The notes under the pieces: model-generated
Told to the model about the DNA's origin: nothing
What the model saw: only the letters and a program-made list of their open reading frames with translations
Databases searched by the model: none
Program-made: the position numbers and the translations under genes
Shown here: piece by piece, positions 1 through 9,312 of the stretch
Numbering within the stretch: the stretch's first letter is position 1
Layout: every line of letters starts with the position of its first letter
Assembly (NCBI GenBank): GCA_964019335.1
Contig: OZ025666.1
Location: 186,001 to 250,000 of the forward strand
DNA length: 64,000 bases
Source: Diplonema japonicum
Lineage: Eukaryota; Protista; Euglenozoa: Diplonemea
Direction: 5' to 3'

Positions 1-978
1 GAGGCAGTCCGGGAACACGAAGAACTAACCAAAAAGCTTGAAATATGGGAAGACGAAAAGAGGTGTGCTGCGAAGAAGGTACGAGAAGCTTGCGAAGTCG
101 AGAAGAAGATACGAGACACACAGCTGCAAGTACAAAAGGAGAAAAGGGAGCAGGAACTAAAGGCGAAGAGGGACGAAGAGGAGCGGCTGTACAACTGCGC
201 AATAGAAGAAGAGAAGAGGGAACAGGAGAAGATGGCTGAGAGGAAGGAGAAGGTGCTGGAGGGCGTGAAACGCAACATGTACTACAACGTGAAGCAGCAA
301 GCGCTGAAGGATGAAGCCTTGTTGAATGAACAACTACTAGACAAAAAGCTTGCAAAACAACATGCTGAGAAGCTGCAGAAGCAAGAAGAGCTGCGGCAAA
401 AAGCTTTGCTAGAGATCAGCTCACGGCAAGCTAAGCAACGAGAGATGGGCGAAGCCATGTGCCATTCTCTGATGGAGAAGGCAGCCGCTGACGAGAAGAG
501 AGCTCTGGAGGCCTGCAAAAAAGCACTGCACGAGGCCAAAGGGGAAGAAGAACGGAGACGGGTTGCGGCTGATGTGAATAAGAGGAAGACTATTAGGTTC
601 TTGCAGCGGCAGCTGGAACACAAGCAGGATGTGAAGGAGCGCGAGATGGAATGCGACAGGCGGGACAAGGAGAGAACTAAAAAAGATATATTGAATGCGT
701 CCCAACAAGAAAAGGAACAAACGCGTGTCAAGAAGCACAAAGATATGGCGAACCATGCTGAGGTGGTGAAGCAGATCAAAGCAAAGCAGGACCGTGTTGA
801 AGAGTCGATGACACGCAACGAGAAGGCTCTCAACAGTAGGCTGCTTGACCGCATCATCACCCGCCTCCCGCAGGTCACACCTCCGCCGTTTACACCATGC
901 GGCTACCCTCAGAGGGACACCACACCCATTCTACCCCCTTCCCTCCCGTCGAGCAGGTGTGGCAGCGTTATGATCTGA
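1..978 (+). CDS. Coiled-coil protein (trichoplein/TPH-like, possibly ciliary), 5'-truncated by the window edge
   Basis: Frame is open from base 1 (EAVREHEE...) through the 232..978 ORF. Sequence is E/K/R/Q-rich and helical. Confidence 0.6.
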   Translation, partial: EAVREHEELTKKLEIWEDEKRCAAKKVREACEVEKKIRDTQLQVQKEKREQELKAKRDEEERLYNCAIEEEKREQEKMAERKEKVLEGVKRNMYYNVKQQALKDEALLNEQLLDKKLAKQHAEKLQKQEELRQKALLEISSRQAKQREMGEAMCHSLMEKAAADEKRALEACKKALHEAKGEEERRRVAADVNKRKTIRFLQRQLEHKQDVKEREMECDRRDKERTKKDILNASQQEKEQTRVKKHKDMANHAEVVKQIKAKQDRVEESMTRNEKALNSRLLDRIITRLPQVTPPPFTPCGYPQRDTTPILPPSLPSSRCGSVMI

Positions 979-1140
979 CCTGCCCAGTCTGCAAGTTAAG
1001 TGGTCTCTATTTGGTTATACTGTTTTTCTAAGCAGTTCTTTACAAGAAAAAAAAAAAAGAAAGAAAAAGTAGCTTATTCGCATTAAAACAGAACGAGTCA
1101 GAACTGCCCATCACTCCAGGCACACCAGTCTGCGGCTCCC

Positions 1141-2646
1141 ATGAAGGGAGTCCTTAGGCTGATCCTATGTGTTGTTGCCTTGTTGGTGCTGTGCATGGCA
1201 GTTGTGAATGTAGCAATGGGGGAGGGGAGTGACTTCGAAGGGTACGAAGAGTGGCGGGCGGGTGACGGGGCTGACGTGATGTTCAAAGACGTGCCGTTCA
1301 TGAAGCCCTCGAAGCACGTCGAGAGCCAGGTGAGAAGGCTGAACGTGGAGAACAAGCACAACGAGACGCGAGAGAAAGTGTACAGTATGTGGGAGAGCAG
1401 CATAGCAGGCGAGGAAGGTGTGCATATTATACACACCGTGCAGTGCACGCATGAGGAGCTGTGGCAGAGCTTTGCTTTGGAATTTTCGTGGGAGAAAGTA
1501 AAGCAGAAAGGCGCCCTTACCAGGATCGTCTCGGGATGCGTCCAGTCTGACGGGAGCGTCGCTGCTGGTTACGAGCGGTCGCAGCGGAGGGTTGTCGCTA
1601 GCGACAAGTTCTTCATCTTCTACACACCTGAGGTCGTGGTCAGTGACTACCCCCGGCTGTACCGGCCTGTCTCTGTGTGGCACTGGGTCATGAACGGTCT
1701 CCCCCCTGAGAAGGTCATCGTCTATCTGGACCCCGACACGATCTTCGTGAAGCCTCTCCCACACACACTGATCTCCGCCATTACACCAGGCACGTCCTAC
1801 TCTCATCACAACCCTGTCCTGGAGCGTGCGAAGTGGCACAAGGCGTTCACAGTAGCGTGTGCCCGCTTGAGGTATTCAGGCATCAACCGCAAGGGACGTT
1901 CCTGTCGCCCTGTTGCGAAGCCTGTTCAGTACTCGGTGACTGCGCCCTACGCACTGCACAGGGCAGACATGGCGTCGGTTGCGTCGTTTTGGGTCCGGTT
2001 TGCAGTTTCGATAAAGGATGCATGGGGGTGGCAGTGGTGGGCAGAGCCCGCAGGATTCAGCTCCGCATTGTTGAAAACAGGCATCACCGCGCAGAAGCTG
2101 CACACAGGCGTTCTGTGGACACGGTTGCTCGACGCACCAGGGAAAGTGCCCGGTGTGAAGGAAGGAAAGGGTGTGGAAGGGGTGCCCCAAGAGTACTTAC
2201 CCTCCTTGGTGAGGTACGACATGCCGATGGAGGTCAACAAGAAGAGCAAAGAATGGGCCGCGTTGAGGGTCTCTGCCCATGCACAGTCCATGTGGGAGAA
2301 GAATGAGAACAAACCCTTGTTGGAATATATATATTGGTCAAAGGAGAAGCTTCCGGTTAACTTGCTGGATTGCAACGAGGCGCTGCTCTTCGAGTACCCT
2401 TCAGTGCAGCACATGGTGGGGAGGAGGTACAAGGCAGGCCTCCACGATCACAAGTGGGGCTTGTTCCTTGCATCTGTCGTCCCGACCATCAACACCGCCC
2501 TCGTGACATACAAGACAAAACACTGCAAGGACCCGAACCTCCTGAAATTGTGGCGCACCGCCACCGACCGTAAATGGATGTCTAGGTTCCTTCCTGTCGC
2601 CAACGAGAGCAGCAGTCTGGGATATGAGTACAAACCGCTGCAGTGA
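1141..2646 (+). CDS. Type II membrane glycosyltransferase, peptidyl-serine alpha-galactosyltransferase (SERGT1)/HPAT-like
   Basis: N-terminal hydrophobic anchor. IIHTVQC...WQSFAL.FSW.KVKQKG.LTRIVSGC resembles the SERGT1 N-terminal motif. DxD motif LDPDTIF. Confidence 0.7.
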   Translation: MKGVLRLILCVVALLVLCMAVVNVAMGEGSDFEGYEEWRAGDGADVMFKDVPFMKPSKHVESQVRRLNVENKHNETREKVYSMWESSIAGEEGVHIIHTVQCTHEELWQSFALEFSWEKVKQKGALTRIVSGCVQSDGSVAAGYERSQRRVVASDKFFIFYTPEVVVSDYPRLYRPVSVWHWVMNGLPPEKVIVYLDPDTIFVKPLPHTLISAITPGTSYSHHNPVLERAKWHKAFTVACARLRYSGINRKGRSCRPVAKPVQYSVTAPYALHRADMASVASFWVRFAVSIKDAWGWQWWAEPAGFSSALLKTGITAQKLHTGVLWTRLLDAPGKVPGVKEGKGVEGVPQEYLPSLVRYDMPMEVNKKSKEWAALRVSAHAQSMWEKNENKPLLEYIYWSKEKLPVNLLDCNEALLFEYPSVQHMVGRRYKAGLHDHKWGLFLASVVPTINTALVTYKTKHCKDPNLLKLWRTATDRKWMSRFLPVANESSSLGYEYKPLQ

Positions 2647-2811
2647 CAACGTGCGGGAGAGGGGGAGGGGGAAAAAAAAGTGTTTTTTTTTTTTAATTCA
2701 ATTATTTCTTATGTAATTCATATCCCCCCCCTCCCCCTTGATTCTTCCTGCAAAAAATTGAAACGATACCAAAAAGGCGGGGGGGGAAAACCCACAAAAA
2801 AAAAAAAGAAT

Positions 2812-3684
2812 ATGACAGACACAGCACTGAACAGCCCAGTCCAGCGCAGGAAGTCCCAAGTGAGTCTAGTTATTCTAGTAAAGGAAGACGTCGAAGGAGA
2901 GGAAGAGATAAAGAATATTCCGGAAAAGGAAAAGGGCTCGGTAAGGTTCAATGAAGAGCACGAGGTGAAGATGATCACCCCCGCAACGCACCCTAACCGA
3001 CAAGGGCAGTTTGGGTCCCTTTTTCCGAAGAACGAGCTCGCTCACTTTAAGCAGGGCGACAAGGTAGAGTACACCCTGAGTGGCACAAACCTGCGAACAG
3101 GAAAGCGGTTCCAAGGGGTCATCATAGGTCTGCACGAAGAAAACAGCGCACATGTGGACGTATTGACACCTGAGGGGGACATAGAGGTCATCCCATGGTA
3201 TAGAGTAAAGCACCTCACGGAGAAGAAAACAATGTTCTGGGGAACTGTTGTTTTGCAGCTTCTGGTTCTCCTCGTCATTTGGGTCGGCTCGGGAGGGCTT
3301 GACAAGCATCCTTCATACCCTGGCCAGGTTACTGTTACTCTGCACGGCAACGAAACTGCACGTACACACGGTTTCACCCTTGGCACCGACTGGATCGTGA
3401 ATTTTGTTCAGCCGAATTCTTCTGCAAGCAGATCCGGCCTCCGTTGTGGTTTCCAGCTTACGACCATCAATGGTCATTTGCCGTCGTCTTCGATGCTGGA
3501 CCATATTTACCCTGTCACGACCGTGCTTGTCCTGGCGCCGCCGCGTGGTTCCGATTCCCCGGTGTACTTGTTTGCCTTTGCCACCGCTTTGTTTTGTGTC
3601 ACCTTTATCACTCTCTCTTACATCCGTCCTGGGCCTGAGTTGATGCAGCACGCGGGTACAGCCCGGGATGATTATATTGTGTAA
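2812..3684 (+). CDS. Membrane protein with an SH3/Tudor-like segment, a TM helix, a PDZ-like domain and a second TM helix
   Basis: ATG at 2812 follows an A-run. PDZ-like GFTLG..IVNFVQPNSSASRSGLRCGFQLTTING lies between two hydrophobic helices. Confidence 0.55.
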   Translation: MTDTALNSPVQRRKSQVSLVILVKEDVEGEEEIKNIPEKEKGSVRFNEEHEVKMITPATHPNRQGQFGSLFPKNELAHFKQGDKVEYTLSGTNLRTGKRFQGVIIGLHEENSAHVDVLTPEGDIEVIPWYRVKHLTEKKTMFWGTVVLQLLVLLVIWVGSGGLDKHPSYPGQVTVTLHGNETARTHGFTLGTDWIVNFVQPNSSASRSGLRCGFQLTTINGHLPSSSMLDHIYPVTTVLVLAPPRGSDSPVYLFAFATALFCVTFITLSYIRPGPELMQHAGTARDDYIV

Positions 3685-3777
3685 GTTTTTTTTTTCTTCT
3701 TCTATCTTTTTCTTTTTTCCTAATATGATCCCCTCCCCTCTTAGTTAGTTGAGCTGCTGGATTGAAGAAAGCCATTC

Positions 3778-3834
<57 letters not shown>

Positions 3835-3974
3835 ACTTTTTTTTTCTTCTTCCGTTAATTCTTCCAGGAGAGTGCTAGCTTGTATACCAATCTTGGCCAC
3901 CCCTCCCCTAGGGGCTATGTTGGCAGGGTTATCGCGATTCCCAAGCTTATTTTTTTCTAAGGTGGTGGGGATAA

Positions 3975-4572
3975 CGTGGAAATATAAGAAGTACATCAGA
4001 TATGTTGTTCGCTGTTGACCTCCCTGTCGGTCATCACCGGTAGCGCCCGAGTGGAAGAACGTAACGCAGATGCTCAGGGTGCGAACAGGCAGCAAACTGC
4101 ACGAGCGCAGAATCTTGGTTACCCGGGACGCCCCGGCTAGGGTTGAGCACACCGCACGCATTAAGGACACGACGCGGAACGCAGAAGAAGCTACTGCTCG
4201 GCCGAGGAGCGCCCCCTGTAATCAAGTAGGTAGTTCGTGCTTCATTATACGCTTAACGCCACCTAGTGTTGCAATCAAAGCCCCATTTTTTTTTTTTTTT
4301 TTTTGGAGCCCGTTTCCCAATAAGAAAACGGAGTCGTTTCCCGCTTTGCTACCAACATAGCCGTGCCCCCCCTCCCCCTCCCCCTCCCCCTCCCCCGCTG
4401 TGCAGTCTTGCAATTCGAGTGTCCGAGGGTCGCGGCACTTGTTCCTCTGAACTGGCACAAACTGTCCCACTTTTTTTTTTAATATTAAGTTTATGCTTCT
4501 TTTTTTTTTTTTAGTTTTAATTTCAGCATTGCAGAGCGCCACCAACACTGGCCTCCTAATCTCTTTATATAT
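3975..4572. repeat. Copy 1 of a duplicated non-coding element, interrupted by a ~500 bp insert (about 4022-4523)
   Basis: Identical blocks: AAGAAGTACATC (3986/5272), TGTTGTTCGCTGTTGACCTC (4003/5291), GCGCCACCAACACTGGCCTCCTA (4536/5325). Confidence 0.8.
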
Positions 4573-5261
4573 GATTTATATAGTAATTAATATCTGACTA
4601 AGTATAGGGTATTGATAAACCTCAAAAAAAGAAGGGGAAAAAAAAAAGAGAAAAAAAAAAAAAAAAACAACCAAGACATGGCATAAAAGAAATTTGGGTG
4701 TGTTTCAAGTTTTTTTTTTCCTTCGCTGACAAAAAAAAAAAAAAGAAAAAAAAAAAGAAAAAAAAAAGAAAAAAAAAAAAGAAAAAAAAAAGAAAAAAAA
4801 AAAAAACCTTTTAGCCATATTTGTTCAAGCTTCGATGATCAAACCGGGAAAAAAAAAAGAAAAAAAAAGAAGAATAAAAAAAAGAGGTAATTTTATCTTT
4901 TTTTTTCCCTTTTTTTTTCCGGGTGCTAGGTGTTCTGCCTATTAAGCCTCCTTGTATCTCATGGCAACTAAGAAAAAAAAAAGAACGAGGGGGAGGGGGA
5001 AGGTCCCCCTCACTTTGTTATTCTACGTTATTCCCGCTACTATATTTCACTCTGTTATTTTTTTGAAAAGGGGAAAAAATACAGTATCAAGCGTCTCCCC
5101 CCCCCCCCCTTCTCTCCTTGTCAATAGGAAAACAGAAAGCGACACGGAAAAAAAAAAGGAAGAAGAAGAAAAAAAGAACGGAAATGAGAGCGAGAAAAAA
5201 AGATCCCCGTTTTCCTTTCTTTTCTCTTCTTCTTTTTTTTTTTCAAGTGATTAAAAAATAT

Positions 5262-5362
5262 CATGGAGATAAAGAAGTACATCGCATGTGTGTTGTTCGC
5301 TGTTGACCTCAGTGTTTGTGCAAGGCGCCACCAACACTGGCCTCCTAGTCTCTTATATATAT
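5262..5362. repeat. Copy 2 (uninterrupted) of the duplicated non-coding element
   Basis: The same three blocks as copy 1, here close together with no insert. Confidence 0.8.
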
Positions 5363-5414
5363 ATGGGACGTCGGGATTTTTTTCCCCTGTTCTTTATTGC
5401 ACAAAAAAATAGCT

Positions 5415-5463
<49 letters not shown>

Positions 5464-5472
5464 TCGAGATGT

Positions 5473-5530
5473 AAACTCACCTGCAAGGACCGCGAAGGTT
5501 AGCAACTTACCACTCTAAATATAAAGCAAA
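5473..5530 (+). ncRNA. Candidate U1 snRNA-like sequence (variant, fragment or pseudogene)
   Basis: ACTCACCTG (5475-5483) is followed by GACCGCGAAGG (5488-5498), which matches the U1-70K binding loop GAUCACGAAGG at 9/11, inside a weak stem. No clear Sm site or 3' stem-loop. Confidence 0.3.
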
Positions 5531-5815
5531 AAAAAAAAAAAAAAAAAAAAGAAGGGGCTTCCTCTTCTTTCTCCTCAACCCTCCTATTCTCCTTATTTAT
5601 TTAGTTATTTTTAAGTAGAGAGGGCTGTCGGCACGTTCGTTATAAATTTACTTAACAACACACCCACCCCACCACTCCTCTCTGTTTTTTGTTATTCTAT
5701 GACAACCGCCCATAAAAATAGCGGTTTGTTTCCCCTTAAAATCTATCACATTTTTTGAACCGCATTTTTGAATCCATGAGGTGTGGGTTACACATTCTTT
5801 ACGATAAAAAGAAAA

Positions 5816-6015
5816 NNNNNNNNNNNNNNNNNNNNNNNNNNNNNNNNNNNNNNNNNNNNNNNNNNNNNNNNNNNNNNNNNNNNNNNNNNNNNNNNNNNNN
5901 NNNNNNNNNNNNNNNNNNNNNNNNNNNNNNNNNNNNNNNNNNNNNNNNNNNNNNNNNNNNNNNNNNNNNNNNNNNNNNNNNNNNNNNNNNNNNNNNNNNN
6001 NNNNNNNNNNNNNNN
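5816..6015. other. Assembly gap (200 N)
   Basis: Run of N. The missing N-terminal half of DDX52 implies the true gap is larger than 200 bp. Confidence 0.99.
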
Positions 6016-7286
6016 CCAAACGATGGCCTCTACTAAAGCACAGGTGGGGAAACAAGACATTCTGTGCACAACACCCGGGAGGCTGATGTCGTTTGTGAAG
6101 GATCAGAGCCTGGATCTGTCCAAGGTGGAGTACATTGTTTTTGACGAGGCGGACCAACTGTTCGACATCTCCCACGACAGCTTTTTCGGGGTCATGAAAT
6201 CCGTCCTTGAGAAGTGCACCACTGAGAACAAACAAATTGTTGTGATGAGCGCTACGCTTCCTGAGAAGGCCGAAGGGATAATCAGACAGTTCCTTCCCCA
6301 ACCGTGCAGGATCATGATCGGAACCCGTGCCTCTGCGTCGAAGAACGTAGACCAACAGCTCGAATATTGCGGGAAAGAACAAGGGAAAATCCAAGCAGTT
6401 AGACAGCTTTTGCAAAAAGGGTTAGCGCCGCCCGTTCTGGTGTTTGTACAGAGCATCGAGAGAGCGAAAGACTTGTACTTGGAACTTGTGGCCAAGGATC
6501 TATCCGTAGCATCTATCCATTCCGATCGCACACCTGCGCAAAGAGAAAAAACGGTCAAAGAGTTCAGGATGGGCCGCATCAATGTTCTCGTCTGTACCGA
6601 ACTCCTTGCCAGAGGCATTGATTTCAAAGGCGTTGCAACCGTAATCAACTACGACTTCCCGACCTCCATCCAGTCATACGTCCACAGAGTCGGTCGTACC
6701 GGCCGAGCTGGCCACAAAGGTACCGCCATAACTCTCTGGACTGACGAAGACCGCCCCAACCTGCGCAGGATTGCGAACATTGTGAAAAGTGCAGGCACCG
6801 AAGTCCCTGAATGGATGCTCAAGGTCCCTAAAAAATTCGGGAAAACCCGCGGCACTGTTAAAAAACAAGATGAAATGACTGAGGATCAAACTGCAGCTTA
6901 CGAAGCAAAGGTCAAAAGCAAAGCAAAATCAAGCATTATGCCTGTTAACCGAGAGTCCATCTCAGCGATCAGGAGAGTGAAGGAAGCAGAAGCAAGAAAC
7001 AAAAGGTATGTGCGGGGGGGGGGGGGGGGGGGTGTCAAACATGGGTATCATATTACTTATACAATCCCAAAACCTGTCGTGGCGCCTTAGCTCAGTTGGT
7101 TAGAGCGCACGCCTAGTAAGCGTGAGGTCGAGGGTTCAAATCCCTCAGGTGCCTTTCTTTTTTCTACTTCTTGCCATACAATAATAATTCTAACCCAGGT
7201 CGGCGAAGAGAAAACGTAAAGGCGATGATGATGCGGGACCCATGAACGTTCGTGCAAGGAACGGAAAGCAGAGTGACCAAGATTGA
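6016..7286 (+). CDS. DDX52: DEAD-box RNA helicase DDX52/ROK1, 5' part in the gap; intron 7006-7198
   Basis: Motifs TPGRL, DEAD, SAT, ARGID and HRVGRTGR, plus the DDX52-like GLAPPVLVFVQSIERAK. Removing GTATGT...CCCAG gives ...NKRSAKRKRKGDDD...QD*. Confidence 0.85.
7081..7154 (+). tRNA. trnT-AGT: tRNA-Thr (anticodon AGT)
   Basis: Acceptor stem GGCGCCT/AGGTGCC. D arm GCTC-AGTTGGTTA-GAGC. Anticodon arm CACGC-CTAGTAA-GCGTG. T arm GAGGG-TTCAAAT-CCCTC. A T-rich Pol III terminator follows. Confidence 0.96.
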
Positions 7287-7661
7287 CTGTCCTTTTTCTA
7301 TTAATTTCTTACAAACACAAACACCTGGTCAAATCAGAGTATCATATTTTATTCCTTGTCTACGCTATCTAGTCGCCTTTACTCAACACACAGAATACGC
7401 TATTTGTCACCAAAATTTCTGAGAATCGAAGAAAAAAAAACATTTCTTTTGTTCCAATCCAGAAAAGGGTGCAGCAAATTAAGCATTTGGCAAGACAGCA
7501 AGTGATACCGTATCACAGCAGCCAGGAAGCACCACAAATTCTGTCCGATTTCGATTAAATCTTCCTCCAGGTGTCCATTTTAATTCTTACTGGAACTATA
7601 ATGAAATTTGAGATTCTCACGAAGTTGAGACAAATAGCGTATTCTGGGCCATATGTTAAGC

Positions 7662-8087
7662 ATGAGAAACGGGATCACCACGGTTCTGTTGATAGTGGGT
7701 GTGATAGGGCTGCTTGTTATCGGGCTGACGAAAGACCAGAAGCTAAGAGGGGGTAAAATTGTGTATTATGATGAGGTGGAGGAAAGTACTGTGAGCCACA
7801 ACAAATTGATAAAAAAGAAGAAACTGTTGGGAGAGGGTACCGTCCCGCACTTGATTTTCTTGAGCAGGTCTGTTTTCACACCTGGGCAGGTAGCTAAAGG
7901 TCACCACCACGAAGACATGGACGAGGTTTTCCATGTTGTTGAAGGCAGAGCTGTTTTTACTATAGATGGCATCAACCGCACTGTGGCAAAGGGTGGGACC
8001 GTTCATCTTGCTCCGTTCGAACGTCACGAGGTCCTTAATACTGGGACCGAAGACCTCGTCCTATTATACTTTGGAATCAGGCCTTGA
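7662..8087 (+). CDS. Cupin-domain protein with an N-terminal signal or anchor
   Basis: Cupin motifs HHHEDMDEVFHVVEG and GGTVHLAPFERHEVLNTG. Hydrophobic N-terminus. Confidence 0.8.
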   Translation: MRNGITTVLLIVGVIGLLVIGLTKDQKLRGGKIVYYDEVEESTVSHNKLIKKKKLLGEGTVPHLIFLSRSVFTPGQVAKGHHHEDMDEVFHVVEGRAVFTIDGINRTVAKGGTVHLAPFERHEVLNTGTEDLVLLYFGIRP

Positions 8088-8189
8088 CGCGAACAGTGTT
8101 TTTTTAATCTTTTTTTAATCCTTGCCTCTCCTGCCCACTAGGAGAAGACGGGATTTCCAAAGTCTTATTTCAATCCAGTCCGACTAGAG

Positions 8190-9251
8190 ATGCCCCCTGC
8201 GAGACTCACCGACCTTAATGCGGCACGGCATTTGAACCGAACCTTCAAGCAATTTACAACCCATAAAACCGGGCGGGATGATACTGCACGTCTTGCAACT
8301 ACGTTGGCTCACGAAATTGACTGCCTTAAGAAACATCGGTGTGAGGTGGGAAGCAGGACAGTGAACACGGCTGTGAATCTTTTGTGCAGATGGGACATGC
8401 CTGGGTCCGGAGTGCGTCTCATGAAGGAAGAACAGGTCCCCCCGGATCACATGACGCATTCGATACTTATCAAAAGCTACGCGAAAATGAAGGACGAGAA
8501 GATGGTGAGGAAGCTGATGCAGGATCGGATCGATTCCGGGTTGCCACCGGATATTACGTGTCACAATGCACTTTTGATGTCGTTGAGGCCTCCTTGTGAA
8601 GACGAGATGCGAGCTGTGTTGGAAGAGATAAAGGAGAACGGGATACAGCCTAATGCGGTAACAGCGCGTGAGGCACTGAACCACTGCAGGACGCTCGACA
8701 CCGCCAAGCAGTTGTACACGCTGAACTTCAAGAATCTTGTCACAGAGGAAGAGTTTTTGCGGTCAGCGTTGATTCTGTGCTCACGCAACGGGGATTCTAA
8801 AGCCGCGGAGGGTATCCTGGAGCGCATGGAAGGACCGCCTACCTTGATACGATACAATATGCTGCTTAACTCCTACGCCGTGAACGGCGATGTGGAGGAA
8901 TGTTTATGCGTTCTGAAAAAGATGAAGGCAAGGCTACTCGAGAGACCGTCTGCTGTATCTTATACCACAGCGATCAAAGCATGCAGTATCCGTGTGGACA
9001 ATGTTGAAGGCAGTGATATCGAAGCGACAGCTATAGCCGAGACGCTGTTCGAGGAGGCGCTCAATTCCCGGATCGTGAAGAACCAACACCTTTACACGAA
9101 GTTAATGGAAGTCTATGGGAAGACATCGGGGGAACCCGGCAAAGCACGGAAAATAGAGCTCGTGACAAATTTACTTATAAAATCAAGGCTGCCCATCTCG
9201 AAACCGTTCACGGATTGGAAACGGAAAGCGTTGCGAAGGCTGGAGGAATAG
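8190..9251 (+). CDS. Pentatricopeptide repeat (PPR) protein
   Basis: PPR-like units: PDHMTHSILIKSYAK, PDITCHNALL, PTLIRYNMLLNSYAVNGD, PSAVSYTTAIKAC. Confidence 0.85.
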   Translation: MPPARLTDLNAARHLNRTFKQFTTHKTGRDDTARLATTLAHEIDCLKKHRCEVGSRTVNTAVNLLCRWDMPGSGVRLMKEEQVPPDHMTHSILIKSYAKMKDEKMVRKLMQDRIDSGLPPDITCHNALLMSLRPPCEDEMRAVLEEIKENGIQPNAVTAREALNHCRTLDTAKQLYTLNFKNLVTEEEFLRSALILCSRNGDSKAAEGILERMEGPPTLIRYNMLLNSYAVNGDVEECLCVLKKMKARLLERPSAVSYTTAIKACSIRVDNVEGSDIEATAIAETLFEEALNSRIVKNQHLYTKLMEVYGKTSGEPGKARKIELVTNLLIKSRLPISKPFTDWKRKALRRLEE

Positions 9252-9312
9252 TCTCATCCATTTTATCCCCCTTTTTTCCCTAACAACCCTCCTTACCCAT
9301 TACAGGTTGGTG

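Noticed and set aside
4190-4245. U2 snRNA-like words CTCGGCC...ATCAAGT...GTAGT
   Set aside because: Spacing is wrong, stem-loop I cannot form, and there is no Sm site.
5475-5510. Minus-strand gene with a 30-nt intron or recursive splice site
   Set aside because: The branch point is too close to the donor and no flanking minus-strand exons could be assembled. Kept only as the U1-like candidate.
3685-5815. Spliced-leader RNA, SRP RNA, RNase MRP/P or telomerase RNA gene
   Set aside because: I could not find the spliced-leader exon, SRP helix 8, CR-I/CR-V pairing, or a full telomeric template.
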